Part shown: piece after piece, positions 18,975-27,680 of the stretch
Layout: each line of letters starts with the position of its first letter
How positions within the stretch are numbered: position 1 is the first letter of the stretch
Program-made: the position numbers and the translations under genes
Assembly (NCBI GenBank): GCA_965223155.1
Contig: CBDCVR010000014.1
Coordinates: forward strand, 544,001-608,000
Reading direction: 5' to 3'
Source: Candidatus Multivoradales bacterium
GTDB lineage: Bacteria; Acidobacteriota; Thermoanaerobaculia; Multivoradales; JAHEKO01
DNA: 64,000 nucleotides
Notes under the pieces: generated by a model
Told to the model about the DNA's origin: nothing
Databases searched by the model: none
What the model saw: the letters and a program-made list of their open reading frames with translations, nothing else

Positions 18975-20303
18975 CTAGTAGAACAACTTGGTTGTCACAT
19001 ACACAACGCTCAAGAAGATCGTCGCCAGAACAGGCAAGGCCATCAGGAGCAGTCCCGCCCGCGCCCACTCACGACCGTGAATGCTGTGGCGGAGCCTCGC
19101 GGTGGTCAGATGGACCGCGGCGCCTGACACCAGCGCCACCAGCGTTAGGCCCGCTCCGAAACCGAAGAACCAGAGTCCCTCGAGCTCTTTCGCGTGGAAG
19201 TACAGCCAGGGAAGAACCAGGACGAGAGACGCGACGATCGAAAGCTCCACCGCTCTCGTGGCCAGCTCTGCCTTCCACGCGCGCCAAAGGAGAACGCCCA
19301 GGACGACGGTCCCGATAGCAAGCCAATGGAAGAAGTAGCCCTTCACCTCGATCACTTCGGTGACTACGAGACCGGCAACCACGAAGAAGATCGCCAGAAC
19401 CACGGCCTTGCCTGATTCACTCCAGGATCCGGCGAGGGTGACAGCGACTGCCGCCGCCGCGAAGGCGACCAGCGGAATCGTTGCGATCCCCCCGAGATGC
19501 ATGTGGCGAGCGAGCACGAAGTTCGGCATGACTCCAAGTGACAAGAGCGCGGTTCCCAGACCGCCGAGCAACAACCAGGCACCGACGCCTCGGGGCCAAC
19601 CTGGCAGAACCAGGCGCCCGATCCGAGAGGTCAAGGAAAGAGTGTCATCCCACCGCTCCCCCCGCGAAAACACTATCCACAGCGCAAGCCCCGCCAGACT
19701 CATCACAGAGCCGCCCAGCAAGAGTCCGACTCCCGCTGCGTTCGGGCGACGTCGGACGGCTGCCCGTTCCTCCGCCGAGCACAACTCCTTCAGAACCAGC
19801 TTCCGGTTCAAGCTGTTCCGGCCGTCACTGAGGACCCGCCGCACTTCGAGCAACTCCGCGGTTCGCATGTTGAACATGAATTGGTGTGCGTGAACCTCGC
19901 CGGTATCCAATACCCGCTCGTAGGGTAGATCCACGACCAGATACGGAGGCAAGGTCGAGAGATCGTGGTACCAGGATCCCCTGAGAGTCGGCTCCATGTC
20001 AGGCGGTTGCACAAAGAGTTCCGCCAGACAGGGCGGCAGCGCGAGCGTCGAACCTCCAGTAGATAGCGTCACTCGGGGCTCCAGCTCCTCGCCACCATCC
20101 TCGATCGACAAGCTCGCGGGACGATACGAATCCGGATACTCCAAGATCGTCCCGTCTGAAGCTAGAGAGAAGTGGCTGTCCTCATGTGCCCAAGCCGGTG
20201 CTCCGACGACGAAAGCGGCGAGGAGCCAACCGCAGCACCGCACCCGATTCGGGACCGACGCACGATCCTTGGCCGTCTCGGCGTCGAGTGGGGTCGACAC
20301 CAT
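18975..20303 (-). CDS. Hypothetical protein: exported N-terminal domain + multi-TM C-terminal half
   Basis: Signal peptide, GSWYHD...LPPYL segment, then about 8 hydrophobic helices. Start uncertain. Confidence 0.6.
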   Translation of the reverse strand: MVSTPLDAETAKDRASVPNRVRCCGWLLAAFVVGAPAWAHEDSHFSLASDGTILEYPDSYRPASLSIEDGGEELEPRVTLSTGGSTLALPPCLAELFVQPPDMEPTLRGSWYHDLSTLPPYLVVDLPYERVLDTGEVHAHQFMFNMRTAELLEVRRVLSDGRNSLNRKLVLKELCSAEERAAVRRRPNAAGVGLLLGGSVMSLAGLALWIVFSRGERWDDTLSLTSRIGRLVLPGWPRGVGAWLLLGGLGTALLSLGVMPNFVLARHMHLGGIATIPLVAFAAAAVAVTLAGSWSESGKAVVLAIFFVVAGLVVTEVIEVKGYFFHWLAIGTVVLGVLLWRAWKAELATRAVELSIVASLVLVLPWLYFHAKELEGLWFFGFGAGLTLVALVSGAAVHLTTARLRHSIHGREWARAGLLLMALPVLATIFLSVVYVTTKLFY

Positions 20304-20446
20304 CGTCGCGCCATCGACCGACTGCCGAACATCCTCGACTCCCACAGACTTGTTCTCAGACCTCGTCGAAACCGAACCCCTGGGAGCGAAACGCCTTGTT
20401 CCTAGTTCTTTCGATCGGATTCGATCGATGGCTCAACGATTAGCAA

Positions 20447-20899
20447 TCAGCGATCAGACTCACCGCCAAGTACTGCCACTTCGAGATCCGGAAAGCGGGC
20501 GAAGCCACGATCAAAAGTCGCCAGCGTCAAACCCTCGGCCTGAGCAAACGCCGCCAGATACGCGTCCGTCCAGAACTTCGGCGAGGAACCATCCCGGCCA
20601 CATAGGACCGCGAGCCTTGGTTCCAGTCCCTCGGGCTCCTGCGCGAAAGCCACGGCTCGCTGTGAGGCTGCCTGCTCGTAGACCGTCCAAGCTTCGCGGA
20701 TCGTCCGCCTGGCAGGTCCCAACACCCGCTCGTTGGTCAGCAGCCGGAGCAAGCCCAGCTGCGTCAAGCGACAGAATACGACTCGCCCGCCCGCCGGGAG
20801 AACCTGGCCCCGCCACCAAGCCAGGGCTTCTTCGTGATGCGGATGCTCGGCGACGACGGAAGCCAGCCAGACGTTAACGTCGGCTAGGAAGTTCCGCAT
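20447..20899 (-). CDS. vapC: VapC-family PIN toxin
   Basis: LADVNVW...TDAYLAAFA...LATFDRGF PIN motifs. Confidence 0.9.
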   Translation of the reverse strand: MRNFLADVNVWLASVVAEHPHHEEALAWWRGQVLPAGGRVVFCRLTQLGLLRLLTNERVLGPARRTIREAWTVYEQAASQRAVAFAQEPEGLEPRLAVLCGRDGSSPKFWTDAYLAAFAQAEGLTLATFDRGFARFPDLEVAVLGGESDR

Positions 20900-21188
20900 C
20901 CGCCTCGTCGCCTTCGGTAAGGATCTCGTCGATTCTGTGTCCGTCGATCGCGCGAAGCTCGGCTGTGGTTTCACCCAGTATCAACGGCAGAACGCAGTCC
21001 TCGGCAAGGGCGGAAACATCCGGTGCAAAAGCCACTTCGGACTCACGCACTTCGCCTGGACGTGCCCATCCGTACAGCGCCTCCCGGAGTGCAGCCTCGA
21101 CAAACTCCCTGAGCTTCATCCCCTGAAGTGCGGCGCGGGCTTTGACCTGCCGGTAGAGCTCGTCGGGAAGATCGACCGTTGTCCGCAT
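20874..21188 (-). CDS. RHH antitoxin (VapB-like)
   Basis: MRTTVDLPDELYRQVKARAA ribbon-helix-helix; overlaps the toxin start. Confidence 0.85.
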   Translation of the reverse strand: MRTTVDLPDELYRQVKARAALQGMKLREFVEAALREALYGWARPGEVRESEVAFAPDVSALAEDCVLPLILGETTAELRAIDGHRIDEILTEGDEADAELPSRR

Positions 21189-21469
21189 AACCACATATTA
21201 GCATATTTCCGTGTACCGTAGGCGACCCTGACCGATGTTCCCCGCTCGAGGCCGATTCCGCCTGGGAGGCACTGCGCAACACGCCCGAGTGGGACGAGCT
21301 TCTGGCCTCGTTGCCTGACGGTTGACTCCGCTGAAGACTCGGACAGATCGCGCGGCAAATCTGGGAGACAGGGTGACAGATGAGATGAGTCGGTCGGTCT
21401 CCAGCTGGGACACTGTGCCAGTTGGAGATAACCAAGAATCGGCATCAGAGCCGAGAAAGGAGACCGACC

Positions 21470-22483
21470 ATGGAGTATCTTGGCATCGATGTTCACTCGA
21501 AGTACAGCGAGGTGTGTGGCGTATCAGAAGACGGTGAGGTGACGGTTCGCCGGCGGGTTCCGACGACCGAGACGGGCCTGCGAAGGTTCTTCGCCAATCG
21601 GGAACGCTCGCAGGTGACGCTCGAGAGCGGTCCGGTCACACCCTGGGTCTATCGACTGCTGTCTGAGCTCGGCCATGAGGTGATGGTGGTCAATCCACGC
21701 CGGGTACGTCTGATCGCGGAATCGACCCTGAAGACGGACGGAATCGACGCCGAGATCCTGGCTCGTTTGAGCCGGTTGGATCTGGGTTTGCTTCGACCAG
21801 TCTACCAGCGCACAGGTGAGGCCCAAGAGCTTCGGACGCGTCTTCGGGTCCGAACGAGTCTGGTGAAGACCAGGACCTCGCTGATCAACTCCGTACGCGG
21901 AACGCTGCGGGCACAGGGCTACCGAGTGCCCTCATGTCCGGCGAAGAGCTTCGTGGCTCGGTACGCGTCGATGTCGGTCGAAGCCGGCCTGTTGGGAGCG
22001 CTCGAACCTCTGGTAACGACAATCGGCGAGCTGACCGATCGGATCCACCATCTCGAAGACGACCTCATCTCCGAGTCGAGATCAAACGAGCTGGTCCGTC
22101 GGCTGCAGACGGTTCCTGGTGTGGGGCCTCTGGTGAGCCTTGCGTTCGTCGGCTGGATGGATCGTCCGGATCGGTTCGAGAAAAGCCGCGACGTCGGAGC
22201 GTGTCTGGGCTTGAGACCGTCGCTTCGCAGCTCAGGAGGGCATGAGGTCAGGGGCCGGATCACTCGCGAGGGCGACTCGGAGATGCGCAGACTCTTGGTG
22301 CAGGCAGCTCATGCGGCGTTGAACTGTCGCAAAGAGTCGTCACTCAAGAGATGGGCTGAGGGCCTGGTCGAGAGGCTGGGTAAGGGCAAGGCCGTGGTCG
22401 CGCTAGCTAGGAAGATCGCGGTGTTGCTCCACAGGCTGTGGGTGACAGGTGAGAGCTTCCGAGCCTTTCCCAAGGCAGCGTAG
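21470..22483 (+). CDS. IS110-family DEDD transposase/recombinase
   Basis: LGIDVH, LESG, KTDGIDA, VPGVG, SSGG (catalytic Ser region), ARKIA motifs; AAGGAG RBS. Confidence 0.97.
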   Translation: MEYLGIDVHSKYSEVCGVSEDGEVTVRRRVPTTETGLRRFFANRERSQVTLESGPVTPWVYRLLSELGHEVMVVNPRRVRLIAESTLKTDGIDAEILARLSRLDLGLLRPVYQRTGEAQELRTRLRVRTSLVKTRTSLINSVRGTLRAQGYRVPSCPAKSFVARYASMSVEAGLLGALEPLVTTIGELTDRIHHLEDDLISESRSNELVRRLQTVPGVGPLVSLAFVGWMDRPDRFEKSRDVGACLGLRPSLRSSGGHEVRGRITREGDSEMRRLLVQAAHAALNCRKESSLKRWAEGLVERLGKGKAVVALARKIAVLLHRLWVTGESFRAFPKAA

Positions 22484-22527
22484 AAGAGATAACTAGACGA
22501 CCAACAAGCAAGGACGGATTGAGAGGT

Positions 22528-22662
22528 TCGATGACTCCGAAAGTATCCTTGGTGGCCCCGACACCGTGTGACAGATGGGAGCATCGATTCCTAAACGGAC
22601 GCAAAACTCACCATGCACCGGTTCAAAGAAGAACCCTACAGAGTGCGAATAGAAGCTCGTCC
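22528..22662 (+). ncRNA. Predicted bridge/seek RNA of the IS1111 element
   Basis: Stem TCGATGACTCC/GGAGCATCGA encloses GTATCCT and GTGACAG (target guides). A second stem GGACG/CGTCC encloses CTCACC and ATAGAAG (donor-junction guides). Confidence 0.75.
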
Positions 22663-22825
22663 CAAGCCTCGATCCAAACCTAAGGAAAACTACAAAAAGA
22701 AGAAACGAAACTCTTGACGCCAACCGACCGACTCATAGAAGGATGCCTGTCTTCTTGAGGCTACCGACAGGCCGGCTGGTCCGCCCCGAGTTGCCGCCAA
22801 GGGCCGGCTCGCCCGTCCATCCAAA

Positions 22826-22853
22826 GGATAGGGATCCTGTCACCCAAGTTTTC
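22826..22853 (-). repeat. REP-like repeat copy (inverted partner of the IS-interrupted copy)
   Basis: ATAGGGATCCTGTCACCC, a 17/18 match to ATAGGTATCCTGTCACCC at 17723. Confidence 0.8.
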
Positions 22854-22881
22854 CTTATCTCCGGCGGATCGCCAGCCGCCA

Positions 22882-23712
22882 TCAAGGTCGGCGGAACGCG
22901 AGACTGTAGATCTCGTACTCCTCCAGAGCAGTCGCAAGCAGACTTCGGCCTACAAAGGCGATGCCGCTAACGCGGACTCCAGGCAGCCGGAACCGTTCCT
23001 CGATCCGACCGTCGCCATCCAAGGCGTAGAGGTTGTACTCGTCGGCCGACCAGAGCCGGCTTCCGTCCCAGGTCACGGCGGCAAGGCGCCCGGCGCCCAG
23101 GTGCTGAAATCCGTTCACTGCCACAAGTCGAGACTTGTCTTCGATCCGCAGCCGATGGACGGTGTTGGTGCCGGCGTCCGCGACAACTAGATGCGTCCCG
23201 TCGAAGGTCAGGCCGGCAACGTCCCAGACCTCCGGCGGCAGTGGAGCGCGCGTCCATCCAAGAAATACGAACTTCTCTCGATTTTCGACCGAAACCGAAC
23301 CGATGCCAGGAACGTGCGTGAACCCTTGAAGCTGGTGCGGCGCCGTGTGCGCCCAAAAGGCGGTCTTTCCGAACTCGGGCACGCCACGGTCCAAGGGAAA
23401 CTCAAAGATGGCGAGATCTCCCGACGCAAGGATCCACTTGCGCTCGCTCTCATACTCGAGATCGTTCAAGAGAAGACGACCGCGCTGGCTCGATCCAGGA
23501 ACCGAATAGGTTCTGACCAGCTCGAGGCTGGCGGGCTCGACTCTCGGAGGCGGTATGCGAGCCGCGGGTGGCGTCGCCGCCGATTCCGCCGCCGACCCCG
23601 GAAGCCCATCGCCGCACCCGACGAGTGCGATGGCGATGCTGACCACGGCACATGCCGAGGCTGCAGTCTGGAGCCCAGCCAAGCGACTCCTGGGCCCGAG
23701 GTCGACACGCAT
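22882..23712 (-). CDS. Hypothetical lipoprotein, beta-propeller-like
   Basis: LVGC lipobox; repeated GLTFDG/AVTWDG/GIAFVG blade motifs. Confidence 0.65.
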   Translation of the reverse strand: MRVDLGPRSRLAGLQTAASACAVVSIAIALVGCGDGLPGSAAESAATPPAARIPPPRVEPASLELVRTYSVPGSSQRGRLLLNDLEYESERKWILASGDLAIFEFPLDRGVPEFGKTAFWAHTAPHQLQGFTHVPGIGSVSVENREKFVFLGWTRAPLPPEVWDVAGLTFDGTHLVVADAGTNTVHRLRIEDKSRLVAVNGFQHLGAGRLAAVTWDGSRLWSADEYNLYALDGDGRIEERFRLPGVRVSGIAFVGRSLLATALEEYEIYSLAFRRP

Positions 23713-23882
23713 ACGGAACACAACGAGGAGACTATCCAAACGTAGGATTGCGCGCGGTCGGAACGCACTGGTTTCGGGGTGCGGGGCTCTCCCCTTGTCA
23801 GAACACCTGGAAGTCGGAAGTACCGGCTGATCGGTGGGGTATAGACTGGGTCGCAAGTTCGAACAAGCATTGGGAGGTGGCA

Positions 23883-24224
23883 ATGAGAAGCTACTCTGGC
23901 GCCAGCAGAGACATCAGCGCTGAGCTGAGGCGGGCGGGCTGGAGCATCGCGAGAGATGCGATGGAACCACTCCGGCGCATCGACTTCGCCAGGCTCGTCG
24001 ACATTCACGATCACGAACAGCATTTCTTGGAGCGTACGTTCGTCAGCTCTCTCGTGGGCATCCGCGAGGCCCGCGTCGCGACGCCGGCCGAGGAAGGGAA
24101 GATCGTCAAGAAGGACGTCGAGACCGCTCTGCGAATGCTCGGCACGGCGGTGGCTCGGCAGTCGGAGGAGACGATCTCCGCAAACTCGAAAAGGATCATC
24201 ATTGACTCCTGCGGCTTCTGCTAG
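23883..24224 (+). CDS. Small hypothetical protein, possible histone fold, C-terminal CGFC
   Basis: GGAGGT RBS; helical; ELRRAGWSIARDAMEPL...KIVKKDVETAL pattern. The fold call is inference only. Confidence 0.6.
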   Translation: MRSYSGASRDISAELRRAGWSIARDAMEPLRRIDFARLVDIHDHEQHFLERTFVSSLVGIREARVATPAEEGKIVKKDVETALRMLGTAVARQSEETISANSKRIIIDSCGFC

Positions 24225-24243
24225 AGACGCGGAGGAACACCGA

Positions 24244-24609
24244 ATGGACTTCAAGGCCATCATCGATTTGGTGAAGTACACCTTGGCATTAGGAGCCGCG
24301 TGCTTCGTCTACACGCTCGAGAAGCTCGTTCCGGTTCCGGCGGAAGGCCGCTGGCTGGTTCTCACACTGCTTGGATTGTTCGTTGTTTCCGCGGTCGCGG
24401 GCATTCTGATCTTCTCCGCGGCCACCGCGGCCCAGCACGGTGACCCAGCCCGAGCCGTGCGCCAGAAGAATCGAATTCGGGTCGCGGCCTACGTTCACAT
24501 CGGATGTCTCGCACTGGGGATTCTTCTTCTCGGCGGCAAGCTGGTTCATCAAGTCTTCACCGAGGTGCCCGAGCCGCCGCAGGTGACGTCCTCTCCGAGT
24601 TCTTCATGA
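24244..24609 (+). CDS. Small 3-TM membrane protein
   Basis: GGAGG RBS, ATG at 24244, three hydrophobic segments; 19 bp downstream of the previous gene. Confidence 0.7.
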   Translation: MDFKAIIDLVKYTLALGAACFVYTLEKLVPVPAEGRWLVLTLLGLFVVSAVAGILIFSAATAAQHGDPARAVRQKNRIRVAAYVHIGCLALGILLLGGKLVHQVFTEVPEPPQVTSSPSSS

Positions 24610-24660
24610 ACTCGTCCTGAGCACGGTGCCTGTCGCTAAGTCGTCTTTTCGGTCCACCGG

Positions 24661-25260
24661 ATGAAGCTCCTCCTCTTTAGCGATCTCCACCGCGACCTCG
24701 CCGCGGCTGCACACTTGGTCGAGCTGTCGGCCGGCGCCGACGTCGCGGTCGGCGCGGGCGACTTCGCCACGATGCATCGTGGCCTCGAGGAGATCGTCGG
24801 CGTCCTGCGCGGGATGGCTTGCCCGACGGTTGTCGTACCGGGAAACGGCGAGACTCTCGGCGAGCTCCGCGACGCCTGTTCGACCTGGCCCGCCGCTCAT
24901 GTGCTGCACGGTACCGGCGTCGAGCTCGGCGGGCGCGCCTTCTTCGGCCTGGGAGGCGGCGTACCGGTAACGCCCTTCGGATCCTGGAGCTACGACTTCA
25001 CCGAAGAGGAGGCCACGGCCCTCCTGGCCGGGTGCCCCGAAGGGGCGATCCTTGTCTCCCACTCCCCGCCCCAAGGCGCCGTCGATCGCGACGGGCAGGG
25101 CTCGAGCCTCGGCAGCACGGCGGTGCGCGACTTGATCCTCTCGAAGTCACCCGCGCTCGCCGTCTGCGGCCACATCCACGCCTGCGCGGGCCAGCACGAA
25201 ACGCTCGGCTCGACCCCCATTGTCAATGCCGGCCCCGCCGGGGTTTCGTGGGAACTCTAG
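24661..25260 (+). CDS. Metallophosphoesterase (Icc-like)
   Basis: SDLH, AGD, PGNG, HSPP and CGHIH motifs. Confidence 0.9.
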   Translation: MKLLLFSDLHRDLAAAAHLVELSAGADVAVGAGDFATMHRGLEEIVGVLRGMACPTVVVPGNGETLGELRDACSTWPAAHVLHGTGVELGGRAFFGLGGGVPVTPFGSWSYDFTEEEATALLAGCPEGAILVSHSPPQGAVDRDGQGSSLGSTAVRDLILSKSPALAVCGHIHACAGQHETLGSTPIVNAGPAGVSWEL

Positions 25261-25378
25261 GAGAACGATGACAGCTTCCCGATCGTTTCGACAGCGGCGC
25301 GCGGCCAGTTCGTCGGCTGGAACCTGCGGGATGCGTATTCAGTCACCGAATCTTCCACTGCATCTCTGGAGAACCATC

Positions 25379-26773
25379 ATGTCGGAGATCATCTCGCCGA
25401 AGTCGAGTCTTGCTCGCCATGTAGGCGGCACCACGCTACGACGCCTTGCTCTTTGTGCAGGCCTGGGTTCGCTCGTGGCTCTGTCTCCAGCAGCCCGAGC
25501 TCAATTCATCCCAACGCTGGATGACGGTGCGCAAGTCTTCATCGAAGACATCTATGGCGGGAAGAATCGGGGGCGCCTGATGTCGGCCAGCCCACCCGCA
25601 GAGGCCTCCGATTGCCGACTCCATGGGAAGTTGGGCACAAATTGCCGAGATTTGATTCTGGAGCCAGCAGCCGTCGAAGGAGGTTCTCGGAGTCGATGGA
25701 CACTGACCCAAGCCGAGGACGGTACCTACTTCGTCCAGGAGGTCCACAGCGAGATCTCATCCGAGCCGAATCGACGCCTCTACTGGACTCGAAAGGGCGA
25801 CGATTGTCAGAACGCCAAGAAGTATCGCGACTGCGCCAATCTCGCTCTCATCGCCAATCTCGACGACCGCTACGCGCAATCGAAGTGGCGGCTCTCTCGC
25901 ACAGGGGATGGCGAGACCTTCTTCATTGACGATGCCTGGAACGGCGGAGGGAAACCGCACGGCGGAAGAATGTACTGGACACGAGCTCTGAACGACTGTC
26001 AACGATTCAACCCGACCGACTCGTTCGCCAGCGAGTGCGCCAATCCCTTTCTTCTCGCCAAGGATGACCCTCGGGGCACCGGCGATCCGGTCCGATGGAA
26101 ACTGGTGATCGCGAGTGAGGCTTGGGAGCAGAGCCGTGAGACCTGGCGACCTGTGTCGCTGGATACCAGTCGCGGCGGGCGGCTTCAGGATGGCGAGAAA
26201 TGCACTCTGGGGCTGAGCGAGCCGGGTTGCATGAACTACTGGAAGTGGAACGACCTCTTCAAGAACAAGCTCAACATGAGCGACCGTGAGATCACGTGGG
26301 TATCGAGGCTCTCTGCAAACTTCGGCGCCCTGCCAAGTGCAGAAGGCCGATACGTCTACGTCTTCAAGAAGAGCTCTGCCGGAGACTTCGATGAGATCGT
26401 CCTGCGGCACTCCGACGAAGACCCCGACAATGCCGGCTTTCGGTACGAGGCCAACTGCGTAGCGAAAAAGGTCGGCAAGCAGAGCGACTGCAAGCGCACC
26501 TCCCGCAAGGAGGGGAGCTACGTCCCTGTCAAGCACACCCAGCTCAATGGTGGATGGGGCGACGTTTGGTGCGCGGGTGAACTGCGTATCGAGAACGGAG
26601 CCGTCTGTTTGGTCAACAACAGCTCAGGGCATTTCAAGCCGCCGCCATCCTGCGCGGGAAAAGTGGTGGTCTCTCTCGCGTTGTGGAAGATGCCCGTCTC
26701 GGATTCGGTAGTGCGAGGAGCCCATGAGATCTACAAGGCCAATCGGCCCTGCCCCTCCGAAGGCAACGGCTGA
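25379..26773 (+). CDS. Secreted protein: three internal repeats + polymorphic-toxin-like C-terminal domain
   Basis: Signal peptide; three approx. 65-aa repeats (FI/V..., R(L/M)YWTR..DC..C, RW.L); C-terminal KHTQL..GDVWCAGEL...NNSSGHFKP. Confidence 0.7.
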   Translation: MSEIISPKSSLARHVGGTTLRRLALCAGLGSLVALSPAARAQFIPTLDDGAQVFIEDIYGGKNRGRLMSASPPAEASDCRLHGKLGTNCRDLILEPAAVEGGSRSRWTLTQAEDGTYFVQEVHSEISSEPNRRLYWTRKGDDCQNAKKYRDCANLALIANLDDRYAQSKWRLSRTGDGETFFIDDAWNGGGKPHGGRMYWTRALNDCQRFNPTDSFASECANPFLLAKDDPRGTGDPVRWKLVIASEAWEQSRETWRPVSLDTSRGGRLQDGEKCTLGLSEPGCMNYWKWNDLFKNKLNMSDREITWVSRLSANFGALPSAEGRYVYVFKKSSAGDFDEIVLRHSDEDPDNAGFRYEANCVAKKVGKQSDCKRTSRKEGSYVPVKHTQLNGGWGDVWCAGELRIENGAVCLVNNSSGHFKPPPSCAGKVVVSLALWKMPVSDSVVRGAHEIYKANRPCPSEGNG

Positions 26774-26799
26774 TCTGGCCCCCCGACGCCAGATTCCAG

Positions 26800-26826
26800 G
26801 AGATGCGGGGACGGGCTCCCTATCTC
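26800..26826 (+). repeat. Degenerate REP-like repeat copy
   Basis: GGGGACGGGCTCCCTATCTC matches GGTGACAGGATACCTATCTC at 16/20; GAGAT/ATCTC stem; between convergent genes. Confidence 0.55.
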
Positions 26827-27095
26827 TTCAACAGCGGCGTGACGACGCGGCTGGCACTTTGTTCCCGCTCTCCCCAGCTCAGCATCTCGTCGATGTCGCC
26901 CGTAGGAAAGGCGTTCTCCATTGCCATCCGAAGAACATCGAGCTTGGCGCGCGTGTCGGCAGCACCCTCCTCAGCGCACGCTCGTCGTAGGCTCTGCAGA
27001 ACCCACTCCCCAACTGTCAGGCGCTGCCGCCTGGCGGCCACCGTGATCTCGTCGAATTCCGCTTCATCCAGGACGACTTGAAGGCGCTTACTCAT
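26820..27095 (-). CDS. Orphan RHH antitoxin
   Basis: MSKRLQVVLDEAEFDEI...FPTGDIDEML resembles VapB-type antitoxins; no toxin gene follows. Confidence 0.65.
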   Translation of the reverse strand: MSKRLQVVLDEAEFDEITVAARRQRLTVGEWVLQSLRRACAEEGAADTRAKLDVLRMAMENAFPTGDIDEMLSWGEREQSASRVVTPLLKR

Positions 27096-27245
27096 AGCGT
27101 GAGTATCCTATCGATGTTCGCTGACGAGCAAACTGGCCTCTTCCGGCCAACGAGAGCCTCCTATACCAGACGAATTGTAACGATGTGCTTCTCGCCCTTC
27201 TTCACGCCGCAAGGCCGCAAGGCTTAGGAAGATGCGAGGCTCACT

Positions 27246-27548
27246 CTAGGATCTTCGCTGTCGAAAGCGAAACCGTCCGTAGCTCCAAACCGTGCCAACG
27301 AGAGCAGAAAGCCAGCTCATCGCGCAGATCACACCGACTTCGCGTGGGGCTGCGTCGGGAACCCCACGCAACGCGGGCATGAGGACGCTGTAGACGGCGA
27401 AGACCGAGAAGAAGACTGGGGTCACGAGAAACAGGCTCCGGATCCAGCCGTGTAGACGTCCGACCTCCCGCCAGTATCCCTTCTGAAGGACCAAGAAGAG
27501 ACTGACTTGACCGATGATCGCTAGAGTGATTCCAATGAAGGTCCACAT
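27246..27548 (-). CDS. Small 3-TM membrane protein (candidate immunity protein)
   Basis: 100 aa, three hydrophobic helices; starts 18 bp after the restored stop of the IS256-split gene. Confidence 0.6.
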   Translation of the reverse strand: MWTFIGITLAIIGQVSLFLVLQKGYWREVGRLHGWIRSLFLVTPVFFSVFAVYSVLMPALRGVPDAAPREVGVICAMSWLSALVGTVWSYGRFRFRQRRS

Positions 27549-27680
27549 GTGCCTATTGCCAGGGACTTACTCCGCGCCTCCTCGTCCCGAACAGCCCCCA
27601 CCGTCTGCTGGATCTTCCTCCGATGGCGGGGCGGGCATGCAATTGTCCACGAAGTTTAGGCAGCTTCCGAATCCCGCGAG

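Larger units (their letters stand above)
21378..22739 (+). mobile_element. IS110-family element, IS1111 subgroup, inserted in a REP-like repeat
   Basis: 14-bp sub-terminal inverted repeats ATGAGTCGGTCGGT (21385-21398) and ACCGACCGACTCAT (22723-22736), 7 bp and 3 bp inside the ends. Removing the element restores GGGTGACAGGATGCCTGTCTTC. No target duplication; ends ambiguous by the shared AG core. Confidence 0.9.
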
